The notes below the pieces were generated by a model. That model saw only the letters and a list, made by a program, of their open reading frames with translations. It was not told where the DNA came from and did not search any database. Below, one piece after another: positions 8,817 through 16,664 of a DNA stretch of 28,074 nucleotides. The stretch comes from an uncultured Saprospiraceae bacterium (lineage in GTDB: Bacteria; Bacteroidota; Bacteroidia; Chitinophagales; Saprospiraceae), in the NCBI GenBank assembly GCA_964640855.1, contig CAZXIX010000035.1, positions 9,309 through 37,382 on the forward strand, in the 5' to 3' direction. The position numbers and the translations under genes are program-made. Numbering within the stretch: position 1 is the first letter of the stretch; the number at the start of each line of letters is the position of its first letter.

Positions 8817-10016
8817 TCAGCCGATGTATTTCAGGGCAAGGATCGTGAGGTCGTCGTTCAGAGAGGCCCCGTCCAGAAACTGCATGACCTCACCTTCGAG
8901 GCCTTTGACCAGGTCTTCCATCCGGCTCGGCCGGGCGCGGTTGAGATAGTCGATCGCTCTTCTTTCTCCAAACATTTCCTTGTCTTCCCGGGTGGCTTCC
9001 GATAAACCGTCGGTATACAGCACGAGCGTATCGCCGGGTTGGAGTTGTGCTTTTCCCAATTGATAGTGCCCGTCCTCCAGAACGCCCAGAATGGTCCCGT
9101 GGGGCAGATCCATGGATTGAAATTCCGAAGAGCCCCCCAGGGCAGCAAGAGGAGGATTGTGCCCGGCATTGGTAAACTGCAGGATCCCGGTTCGCAGATT
9201 GAGGACGCCTCCGAAAGCGCTGACGAACATCAGATCCTTATTGTTGCGGCAGAGAAGTCGGTTGACCGTGGAAAAAACGGCGCCGAAATCCGGATTGTCG
9301 CTCACATGATGCCGCAGGGAGGTAAAGGTGCGCGCCATCAGCAGCGAGGCGGGCATCCCCTTACCGGATACATCGCCGATGGCGAAATAAATATGTTCGG
9401 GGTCGAGGGCTAATGCATCGAAGAAATCGCCTCCTACCACGCGGGCCTGCCGGATCATGCCGAAGGCTTCTACCTCCGGTTTGTTGGGAAAGAGTCCGGA
9501 GCCATCCGGCACCATATTGGCCTGGATTTTGCCGGCCGTGGCCAGTTCTTTTTCCAGATGTTGGTATTTCAGTTGTTTCTCTACTCCGCGGATCAATGCC
9601 AGGTTGGTTCGTTCAAGCCGGCGCGCCATCATGTCCATGAGGTTTCGGATCCCCTGCCGGTTGACCGTCATCTTTTGCCAAAAAACCTCTCCCGGGATGA
9701 GGAGCACACGGGAAGCTTCGCCTGCGCGGGCCATGGCCGAGGTAGGGCGACGCATGATCAGGGACATTTCCCCCAGGCATTCGCCCGGCGAGATGGGTAT
9801 GGGGATCTGCGTGTCGTCCTTTTCGAGAACAACCTCCAGATTTCCGTCCAGGAGCAGATACAGGTTTTCATTGGGAACGCCGGGCTGGATCAGAACATCC
9901 CCCGGCTCCAATTCAAGCAGGGTGCTGCTTTCGAAAATATATTGGACGACCTCGGGCTCCAGTCCCTTGAAGAGGTCATAGGATCCGAGGGTTTGAGTGT
10001 AGGGAGAAAGGTCCAT
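8817..10016 (-). CDS. PP2C-family (SpoIIE/RsbU-type) serine phosphatase with N-terminal cyclic-nucleotide-binding domain
   Basis: The N-terminus has a cNMP phosphate-binding-cassette-like segment, GECLGEMSLIMRRPTSAMARA. The C-terminal half has VVGGDFFD and AIGDVSGKGMPASLLMA (PP2C/SpoIIE metal-binding motifs) and TDGLSEA. Confidence 0.85.
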   Translation of the reverse strand: MDLSPYTQTLGSYDLFKGLEPEVVQYIFESSTLLELEPGDVLIQPGVPNENLYLLLDGNLEVVLEKDDTQIPIPISPGECLGEMSLIMRRPTSAMARAGEASRVLLIPGEVFWQKMTVNRQGIRNLMDMMARRLERTNLALIRGVEKQLKYQHLEKELATAGKIQANMVPDGSGLFPNKPEVEAFGMIRQARVVGGDFFDALALDPEHIYFAIGDVSGKGMPASLLMARTFTSLRHHVSDNPDFGAVFSTVNRLLCRNNKDLMFVSAFGGVLNLRTGILQFTNAGHNPPLAALGGSSEFQSMDLPHGTILGVLEDGHYQLGKAQLQPGDTLVLYTDGLSEATREDKEMFGERRAIDYLNRARPSRMEDLVKGLEGEVMQFLDGASLNDDLTILALKYIG

Positions 10017-10069
10017 GAGACAATACTGAAAGCCCCGCCTAATATACTAAGTATGGGCCTAATATTTCG

Positions 10070-10350
10070 GAAGGCTCAGGCTGATTGAAGGGGGCGCATA
10101 CTCCACGGGGTAAAGGTAAGCTGAAACGGTTAATCAGATATTCAATTTGTTACCTGATACCCAATCCCCAATACCCTGACGAAGCGAATCTTACTTTTTT
10201 CCAGAAATTGAATTATCCACCCGCGCCCTTGGATTCCCCAAAGGGAAGGCTAGCCCGCAGTTTCGAAAATCCATATCCCCGAAAACCAATACCTACTTAC
10301 CCACTCAACTACTCAACTACTCAACCGATACCCTGGTCCCCGATCCCTCT
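10070..10350. repeat. Copy C of the interspersed intergenic repeat family, between the flotillin stop and the PP2C start
   Basis: Shares modules with copy A in the same order: ggctcagg...ggggcgcatactc..gggtaa, then attcaatttgttacc.gataccc, then ataccctgacgaagcgaatc.t..ttttttccag.a.ttgaatt.tcc, then cccgcgccctt..attcccc.aaaggga, then acccactcaactact.aactactcaac. Confidence 0.75.
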
Positions 10351-10462
10351 TCCGGGATCATGAGGCATAGTCCTGCAGTGGAATCACTTTCAATGCTTAC
10401 GGGTGTGTAGTTAGACCTCCCGATCCGATTTGCTTCTTCTTACTCCCGCGGGGGAGTATCTT

Positions 10463-11752
10463 TTAGCGCTTTTCCGGGGGCAGTTCGATCTTGTTGGAAT
10501 CGCCTTTCGCCAGATCGCCGAGATCTACGCCGGTGGTGTTTTTCAGTTGCTCGATGAGGGTCACCGCGCTGCGGGTCAGGTTCTTCACGTAATTCGACAT
10601 TCCTTCTCCGCCATCGCCTCCATCCAGTATGGTCAATTTTTCGATGTGCAGGTTGTCGGCAATGACGCGGGTTGCCTTGTCGAAAAGGTCGGGAAGCATG
10701 CGGATCATGAAGAGTTCGTGCGCTTCGCCGTTCTGCCATTGCTCCCGCATCAGTTCGACGGCCTTGGCGGTAGCTTTCCCGTCTTCGAGAATGCGAGAGG
10801 CTGCTCCCTGGGATTCCATTTCCATGGCTTGCTTGCGGGCTTTGGCGGGAATCACGGTTTCGGCTTCCTGTTTTTTCGCACTGAGCTCTACCCGGAGTTT
10901 TTCCAATTCGATCTTTTCCGTGGTGCGGGCAATGTCGCCGGCTACCACCGCCTTTTGGCTGGCCTTGTTCTCTTCCCCCTGCAAGTTGAAACGGGTTACG
11001 GCCAGGGCGTTCTCTTTTTTGACGATCTCGAGCTCGGACTGGATCTCGGCTTCCCGCCCCAGTTTCTTTTGTTCGGCGGTTACCTGCCGGGCTTCCGCAT
11101 CGGCCCGCGCTTCTGCTACTTGAGCATCCCGCAGTACCTCGGCATTTCGCTTCCGGCCGATGGCTTCCAGGTGGCCATGGTCGTCCGATATACTGAGGAT
11201 CTGAAAAGAGTCCAACACCAGGCCCAGGTTTTTCAGCTCCTTGCGAGCCTCCAGGGTCGTGGATCGCATCACTTCTATGCGTTGGGTATTGGCGTCTTCC
11301 GGGCTGTAGGAAGCCAGCACACCCCGCAGGTTACCCTCGATAACTTGTTGGGCCGTTTTATCGATGTTCTCTTCGGATTTTCCAAGGAAACGTTCGATGG
11401 CGTTCTCCATGCCTTCTTCGGTCCGGCCGGCCAGCTTGATGTTGGCCCGCCCTTCGATTTCGATCGGGATCATCCCCTTGCAAAGCACTTTGGCCAGGTT
11501 GATCTTGATCGTACGGGTGTTCAGGGATAAACGGCTGATGGATTCGATGAAAGGCCATTTGAACCCGCGGCCTCCCCTAATGATCCGGTAGCCGACTTTC
11601 TGACCGTCGGGGCCCTTGCGTTGGCGCCCGGAAATGATGACGATCTCGTTGGGCTTGCAGATCACCACATTGGTCCGAATGAAGGCGATGAGGAGCAAAA
11701 TGAAAATCGACCCAAAAAAAATAGCGATTCCGGTTATTTGTGCTACGTCCAT
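10463..11752 (-). CDS. Flotillin-like SPFH/band-7 domain protein
   Basis: N-terminal TM helix, SPFH-like core, and a long Ala/Glu/Lys/Gln-rich coiled-coil (EARADAEARQVTAEQKKLGREAEIQSELE...) typical of bacterial flotillins (FloT/YqiK). Confidence 0.8.
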   Translation of the reverse strand: MDVAQITGIAIFFGSIFILLLIAFIRTNVVICKPNEIVIISGRQRKGPDGQKVGYRIIRGGRGFKWPFIESISRLSLNTRTIKINLAKVLCKGMIPIEIEGRANIKLAGRTEEGMENAIERFLGKSEENIDKTAQQVIEGNLRGVLASYSPEDANTQRIEVMRSTTLEARKELKNLGLVLDSFQILSISDDHGHLEAIGRKRNAEVLRDAQVAEARADAEARQVTAEQKKLGREAEIQSELEIVKKENALAVTRFNLQGEENKASQKAVVAGDIARTTEKIELEKLRVELSAKKQEAETVIPAKARKQAMEMESQGAASRILEDGKATAKAVELMREQWQNGEAHELFMIRMLPDLFDKATRVIADNLHIEKLTILDGGDGGEGMSNYVKNLTRSAVTLIEQLKNTTGVDLGDLAKGDSNKIELPPEKR

Positions 11753-11779
11753 GATGACAGGTTTCTCATTCTTGAGTTA

Positions 11780-13213
11780 TCAGACGTTGAAGTACAGCAT
11801 AAATTCGCTGGGGTGCGGTCTCAGGTTGATGTATTCCAGCTCTTCCTTTCGTTTGATCCGTACCCATTTTTCCAGAAGACCTTCCGAGAAAACCCCGTCT
11901 CGTACCAGGAATTCGTGGTCCTTTTCCAGGGCATTCAGCGATTCTTCCAGGGAGGAGGGAGTTCTTTTCAGGTCGGAGCCCCGCCCGGAGGCTACATACT
12001 CGTAAATGTCTTCATCCACCGGCTTGGGCGGAGTCATTTTCTTCTGAATGCCATCGATACCGGCCAGCAGGATGGAAGCGAAAGCCAGATAAGGATTACT
12101 GGATGGGTCAGGGGTGCGGTATTCGATCCGCTTGGCTTTGGGACTGGTAGCGGTGGCGGGGATCCGGATGCAGGCGCTCCGGTTGCTTTGGGAGTAGACC
12201 AGGTTCATCGGCGCTTCGTAACCGGGGACCAGCCGCCGGTAGGAGTTGGTGGTCGGATTGCAAATGGCACAAAGTGCCGGGGCATGGGTCAGCACACCGG
12301 CGATGAAGTGATCAGCCAGTTCGCTCAGGTCGGCATAGCGGTTGGGTTGGTAGAAGATATTCTCCCCATCCTTGACCAGGCTCATGTTTACGTGCATACC
12401 GGAGCCGTTTTCCTGATGCAAGGGCTTCGGCATGAAGGTTACGGTCTTGTCGTAGCGATCCACCACATTGCGGACCACATATTTGTATTTCACTGCCCGG
12501 TCTGCCTGCATGGTCAGGGGGCCGAACTTGAAGCCGATCTCTGACTGACCGGCGGCGCCTACCTCGTGGTGGTGCAACTCGGGTTGCAAGCCGACGAGCT
12601 TGAGGACCTGGGCGATCTTGGACCGGATGTTGTTGTATTGGTCTATCGGCGGAGCTGCCATGTAAGCCCTTTTTCGGGGCGCGATGTTCCCGAGGTTTTT
12701 ACCTTCCTTTCCCGTACTCCAGAAGGCCGCCGCGCTGTTGAGGTAATAGTAGCCGAACTGGGTTTCCTGATCGAAGCGGACCTCGTCGAAAATGAAGAAT
12801 TCGATCTCCGGTCCGAAAAAGGCGGTTTCGGCGATTCCTTTGGCCCGCAGCAATTGTTCCGCTTTTTTGGCAATGCCCCGGGGGTCCGAAGGATAAGGCG
12901 CATTGTCGCGTGGCCGGATGATGTCGCAGAAAAAAGACAGGGTGGGCTCATCGAAAAAAGGATCCTTGAAAACGGAAGACGGATCGGGGCGAAGGATCAG
13001 GTCGCTGTCGTTGATGGTCTGGAATCCCTTTACGGAAGAGCCGTCAAAAGAAAACCCTTTGACCAGATCTCCCTCGTCCACCTGATCAGCAGCAATAACC
13101 AGGTGCTGCAGCATGCCGAAGAGGTCAACGAATTTGAGGTCGAGAAACTGGATGTTCTCATCCTTGATTTGTTGCAACACAGACCGGATATTCGGTATTC
13201 TGTTCTTTCCCAT
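11780..13213 (-). CDS. glnA: Glutamine synthetase, type I
   Basis: 477 aa. Carries GSI signature regions FDGSSV, HHEVGAAGQSEIGFKF, KPLHQENGSGMHVNMSL and TNSYRRLVPGYEAP. Lies directly downstream of a PII gene. Confidence 0.9.
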   Translation of the reverse strand: MGKNRIPNIRSVLQQIKDENIQFLDLKFVDLFGMLQHLVIAADQVDEGDLVKGFSFDGSSVKGFQTINDSDLILRPDPSSVFKDPFFDEPTLSFFCDIIRPRDNAPYPSDPRGIAKKAEQLLRAKGIAETAFFGPEIEFFIFDEVRFDQETQFGYYYLNSAAAFWSTGKEGKNLGNIAPRKRAYMAAPPIDQYNNIRSKIAQVLKLVGLQPELHHHEVGAAGQSEIGFKFGPLTMQADRAVKYKYVVRNVVDRYDKTVTFMPKPLHQENGSGMHVNMSLVKDGENIFYQPNRYADLSELADHFIAGVLTHAPALCAICNPTTNSYRRLVPGYEAPMNLVYSQSNRSACIRIPATATSPKAKRIEYRTPDPSSNPYLAFASILLAGIDGIQKKMTPPKPVDEDIYEYVASGRGSDLKRTPSSLEESLNALEKDHEFLVRDGVFSEGLLEKWVRIKRKEELEYINLRPHPSEFMLYFNV

Positions 13214-13227
13214 AATTCGCTCTCAGG

Positions 13228-13560
13228 TTAAATGGCTCGGTCGCCCCGTTCTCCGGTCCAGATTTTGACGGCGTCATAGACTTCCGTGACGAAGATCCGT
13301 CCTGCTCCACCGCTGTTCATGGCGCCGTTGGAAATCGCCTCGATGGCCACTTCGACATCAGATTCTTTAATGATCAGTTCCATCCGCATCCGCTTGAAAA
13401 GGGTCACTTTTTGCTCTACGCCCCGGAAGGTTCGTTGTTCGGCGCGGGGAGCGGTCCCCAAAACGGGCATAACGGTGAAATGAAAGATCTCGGCGTCGGC
13501 GAGCGACTCCTTGATGGCCGGCAATTGTTCCTGTCGGATATAGGTGATGATCATTTTCAT
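13228..13560 (-). CDS. glnK: Nitrogen regulatory protein P-II (GlnB/GlnK family)
   Basis: 110 aa. T-loop region RTFRGVEQKVT and C-terminal GGAGRIFVTEV. Positioned between amtB and glnA. Confidence 0.9.
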   Translation of the reverse strand: MKMIITYIRQEQLPAIKESLADAEIFHFTVMPVLGTAPRAEQRTFRGVEQKVTLFKRMRMELIIKESDVEVAIEAISNGAMNSGGAGRIFVTEVYDAVKIWTGERGDRAI

Positions 13561-13574
13561 AGTGAGGCCCGTCG

Positions 13575-14813
13575 TTATTCGGTGGTGAAAATCTGGAAGC
13601 CGCTGTAGGATTCCATGCCGTGCTCCTCGATGTCCAGCCCTTTCAGCTCGGATTCATGGGATACGCGCAAGCCGACGATGGAGTCGATCGCTTTGAAAAC
13701 GATATACATGCTCAGAGCCGTAAACCCCAAACAGGCAGTTACGCCCAGGGCCTGGATGCCCAAAGCCCCGAAACCGCCTCCGTAAAAAAGGCCTTCCAGA
13801 GGGGCACCGAGCGCCGTAGACCCGAAAATGCCGACACAGAGCGTTCCGAAAATACCGCAGATCCCGTGGACCGGGAAAGCGCCTACGACATCATCTACTT
13901 TGATGCGGTTCATCCATTCGACTCCGAAGACGACCAGCGCGCCCGACACCAGTCCGATGAAGATGGCCGAACCGCTGTTTACGACCGCACAGGGAGCTGT
14001 GATGCCCACCAGACCGCCCAATACGCCGTTGAGCGCCAGGGAAAGGTCCGGTTTGCCAAAGCGAAGCCAGGAGACGCACATGGCCGAAAGAGCCGCCACG
14101 GAAGGGGACAGGGTGGTGTTCAGGGCGATGCGGGCAACGGTCTCCGGGTCACCGAAACCCAGGGTGGAACCCGCGTTGAAGCCGTACCAACCGAACCAGA
14201 GGATAAAAACGCCTATGGCCACCAGCGGCATGTTATGACCGGGGATGGCGCGTGGTTCTCCATTCCGGGTAAATCTTCCGAAGCGGGGCTTCAGCATCCA
14301 GGCGCCTACAAGAGCCGTTACGCCTCCCACGGCATGTACTACGGTGGATCCGGCGAAGTCGTGGAAATTCAGGTCGGCCAGCCAACCTCCCCCCCACACC
14401 CAGTGACCGACCACCGGGTAGATGAAGGCTGTAATGATGAAGGAATAGAACAGGTAGGCGGCAAACTTCATGCGTTCGGCTACGGCGCCGGCGACAATGG
14501 TGGCCGCAGCCCCGGCAAAAACCGCCTGAAACAACCAGAAGGCTTCAACGGGCACCCCTTCCACCGGGGATTCGACCCCGAACATGAACCAGCCGGCCGT
14601 GCCCACGATCGGAGAGTCCGTACCATACATGATGGCATAGCCGAAAATGAAATATCCGAGGGCTGCAAAGCTGAAGTCAACGACATTCTTCATCAATACG
14701 TTCGCTGCATTCTTGGTGCGGACCAATCCCGCTTCCACCATGCCGAACCCGGCTTGCATAAAAAAGACCAGGAAAGCGCACAGCAGGATCCACAGGGTGT
14801 CTATTGCATTCAT
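13575..14813 (-). CDS. amtB: Ammonium transporter (Amt/MEP family)
   Basis: 412 aa polytopic membrane protein. Has DFAGSTVVHAVGG and NGVLGGLVGITA motifs. Classic amtB-PII linkage. Confidence 0.9.
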   Translation of the reverse strand: MNAIDTLWILLCAFLVFFMQAGFGMVEAGLVRTKNAANVLMKNVVDFSFAALGYFIFGYAIMYGTDSPIVGTAGWFMFGVESPVEGVPVEAFWLFQAVFAGAAATIVAGAVAERMKFAAYLFYSFIITAFIYPVVGHWVWGGGWLADLNFHDFAGSTVVHAVGGVTALVGAWMLKPRFGRFTRNGEPRAIPGHNMPLVAIGVFILWFGWYGFNAGSTLGFGDPETVARIALNTTLSPSVAALSAMCVSWLRFGKPDLSLALNGVLGGLVGITAPCAVVNSGSAIFIGLVSGALVVFGVEWMNRIKVDDVVGAFPVHGICGIFGTLCVGIFGSTALGAPLEGLFYGGGFGALGIQALGVTACLGFTALSMYIVFKAIDSIVGLRVSHESELKGLDIEEHGMESYSGFQIFTTE

Positions 14814-15214
14814 AGTACCGATACAGGTTGAATGAACCTTTTTCTTGTGTTGAAAGTCGTACCGGAGTTTTTCCGATACCTTTTGGCGGCTAGGACTCGA
14901 ACCCGCAAACTAGAAAAATTTTGGGATTTCGAAATCCACCTGTTCAAAACCAAAGGAGGATATTTTAGCTATTTTCCAATCTCCAAACTAAGTGAAAAAT
15001 CTTTGGTTTTGCCGCGTGGATGCAGGTTGGAGTGCGGGTCTGGCGGGCCATACGAGTAAATTCACCCTTCTACCATTTCCGGCCTGAACTTTGGGAGTAA
15101 CGGCTGTGCGCAGCAAGATCCGGAGCTGTCTTATTTCCTTTTCAGCAAAGAGCAGCCCCGCTTTTTCATCCCGGGGGGATTTGTCAAAAAAAGGCTCTTT
15201 TTTTCTCTGGACCA

Positions 15215-15256
15215 TTAAAAAAAGCCTCCTCCCCGGGTGAGGAGAAAGGCTTTCTC
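15215..15256 (-). terminator. Rho-independent terminator-like hairpin upstream of amtB; its run of 7 T on the minus strand follows the stem
   Basis: aaaaaaagcctcctccccgggtgaggagaaaggctttct. On the minus strand the hairpin is followed by TTTTTTT. Confidence 0.45.
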
Positions 15257-15363
15257 GGGCCCTTCGAAAGGGGTTCAAACAGGCCCGTGTTTTGGTTTAT
15301 TGTTGGGTGGTATACAGAGCATCGGATTCGGGGCGGCCTTCGCGGGGTTTTAGGTGCGCCGGC

Positions 15364-15570
15364 TCAATAGGCGGCATATATCTCTTCCATTTTCGGAACA
15401 TAATCAGCCATGTGCAGCTCCCAGGAAACCAAGGGTTGGCCGGACCAATAGATCAGACCGAGGGAAAGGAGGCAGATCAGCAGGGTAAGGGCTGCATGGA
15501 ATTCCCGCTGCTCATTTCCCGGGTGATCCGGTTTGGCCGGAATGCTGTGGCGTGGACTCAATGGATTCAT
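15364..15570 (-). CDS. Hypothetical small membrane protein (68 aa from ATG 15570; ORF extends to a GTG at 15624)
   Basis: Single predicted TM helix ALTLLICLLSLGLIYWSGQPLV. No recognisable family. Weak call based only on ORF plus hydrophobic segment. Confidence 0.25.
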   Translation of the reverse strand: MNPLSPRHSIPAKPDHPGNEQREFHAALTLLICLLSLGLIYWSGQPLVSWELHMADYVPKMEEIYAAY

Positions 15571-15730
15571 AACGGTGAATTTTAATGGGTTTGTTGATGG
15601 TGTCGTTATGAGTCCAAGATGCACTATATCCTCTTGTGAAAAGTATAACTATGTTTAAAATCGTTGGATTTATGTCTATTCGGCAAAACTTTATGCTCCT
15701 GAGGTCGAAATCGGCCTTAGGGGAAAGAAA

Positions 15731-15764
15731 ATTTAAAAGGGCCTCCCTTTCGGGAGACCCTTTT
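15731..15764 (-). terminator. Terminator-like hairpin immediately downstream of hsp20
   Basis: gggcctccctttcgggagaccc hairpin flanked by aaaa (5' on plus) and tttt (3' on plus), so it could work in both directions. It lies 13 nt past the hsp20 stop. Confidence 0.5.
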
Positions 15765-15776
15765 GGGGTTTCGCCA

Positions 15777-16214
15777 TTAGCCGATTTGGATTTCCTTCTT
15801 TTTGGGTTCCTTGACCTCGATCTTTTTTAAGGAGATCTTCAGTATCCCCTGTTCATAGCGAGCTTTCACCGAATCCGGGTCTACATTTTCCGGGAGGCGG
15901 AACAAGCGCTCAAAAGATTCGAAGTTGTACTCCCGACGGTGGTAGTCCTTTTCCTTCTCCTCTTTCTTTTCTTCTTTTTCGGCGCGGATCTTGAGCATAC
16001 CCTCCTCCACCATAACCTGGAAATCCTTTTTGGTCATGCCGGGGGCAGCCACTTCGACCAGAAATTCTTTTTCGGTTTCGGAAATGTTGACGGCAGGTAT
16101 TCGTTTGCCGTTTCGGAAAGCTGGGAGAAAATCATCATCCCAACCCATTCTTTCGAAGAAGGAAGGGATAGTTGGGAAAAAGTCCCGATCTCTGTTCCAT
16201 CTAACGATTGACAT
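15777..16214 (-). CDS. Hsp20/alpha-crystallin family small heat-shock protein
   Basis: ACD core PAVNISETEKEFLVEVAAPGMTKKDF...GILKISLKK. Confidence 0.85.
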   Translation of the reverse strand: MSIVRWNRDRDFFPTIPSFFERMGWDDDFLPAFRNGKRIPAVNISETEKEFLVEVAAPGMTKKDFQVMVEEGMLKIRAEKEEKKEEKEKDYHRREYNFESFERLFRLPENVDPDSVKARYEQGILKISLKKIEVKEPKKKEIQIG

Positions 16215-16467
16215 GACGATAGATTTTTGTTAATGAATAAGTTAGCACCCATGAGTATAGCTTTTCCGCGCTAAAAAATCAATGACGATTGTCAATCGGG
16301 GCCCCCTGGATGAGGTGATATAGTTCAGAGGGATTGGAACGCAATCTGCATTCAAGTCTGGAGGGTCCATCTCGAAAGAACCGGGCCTCCCTCAACGATT
16401 TGGTCGTTTTCGGGCAGTCCCCGGCGACCGTTTTAGGGACATACATGCAGCCATCCATCATTGATCC

Positions 16468-16504
16468 AAAGAGACCCCTCCCAGCAATGGAAGGGGTCTC
16501 TTTT
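16468..16504 (+). terminator. Strong intrinsic-terminator-like hairpin (10-bp perfect stem plus TTTT), followed by a second 12-bp-stem hairpin at 16517-16543
   Basis: agagacccct-cccagcaatgga-aggggtctct-tttt; then ggtccgacgact-tgg-agtcgtcagacc. No convincing CDS ends here. Confidence 0.5.
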
Positions 16505-16664
16505 CCTGCCCTCAGTGGTCCGACGACTTGGAGTCGTCAGACCACTTTTGAAATGGCGGCAGTTGAAGGAGCCGCTACCGCGGCTGATATACTTATCGGT
16601 AGTCATGTGTAATAACCGTGAAAATTCAGCATTTTTTGCATAAATTTCACGGAATATAGAACCT

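Noticed and set aside
10430-12544. Plus-strand ORFs of 366, 164 and 307 aa
   Set aside because: Antisense to the flotillin and glnA genes. They are low-complexity and have no motifs.
13620-14831. 403-aa plus-strand ORF
   Set aside because: Antisense to amtB. Arg/Gly/His-rich composition typical of a non-coding frame.
14884-14906. tRNA 3'-end-like sequence (reverse complement gcgggttcgagtcctagccgcca; resembles a T-loop plus CCA)
   Set aside because: I could not fold the flanking ~75 nt into a cloverleaf, and the T-stem pairing fails. Most likely chance, or at most a short tRNA-derived relic. Only a tRNAscan or Infernal run could settle it.
16230-16270. Possible CIRCE heat-shock operator upstream of hsp20 (ttagcaccc...)
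   Set aside because: Only one half-site resembles TTAGCACTC. There is no inverted partner at 9-bp spacing.
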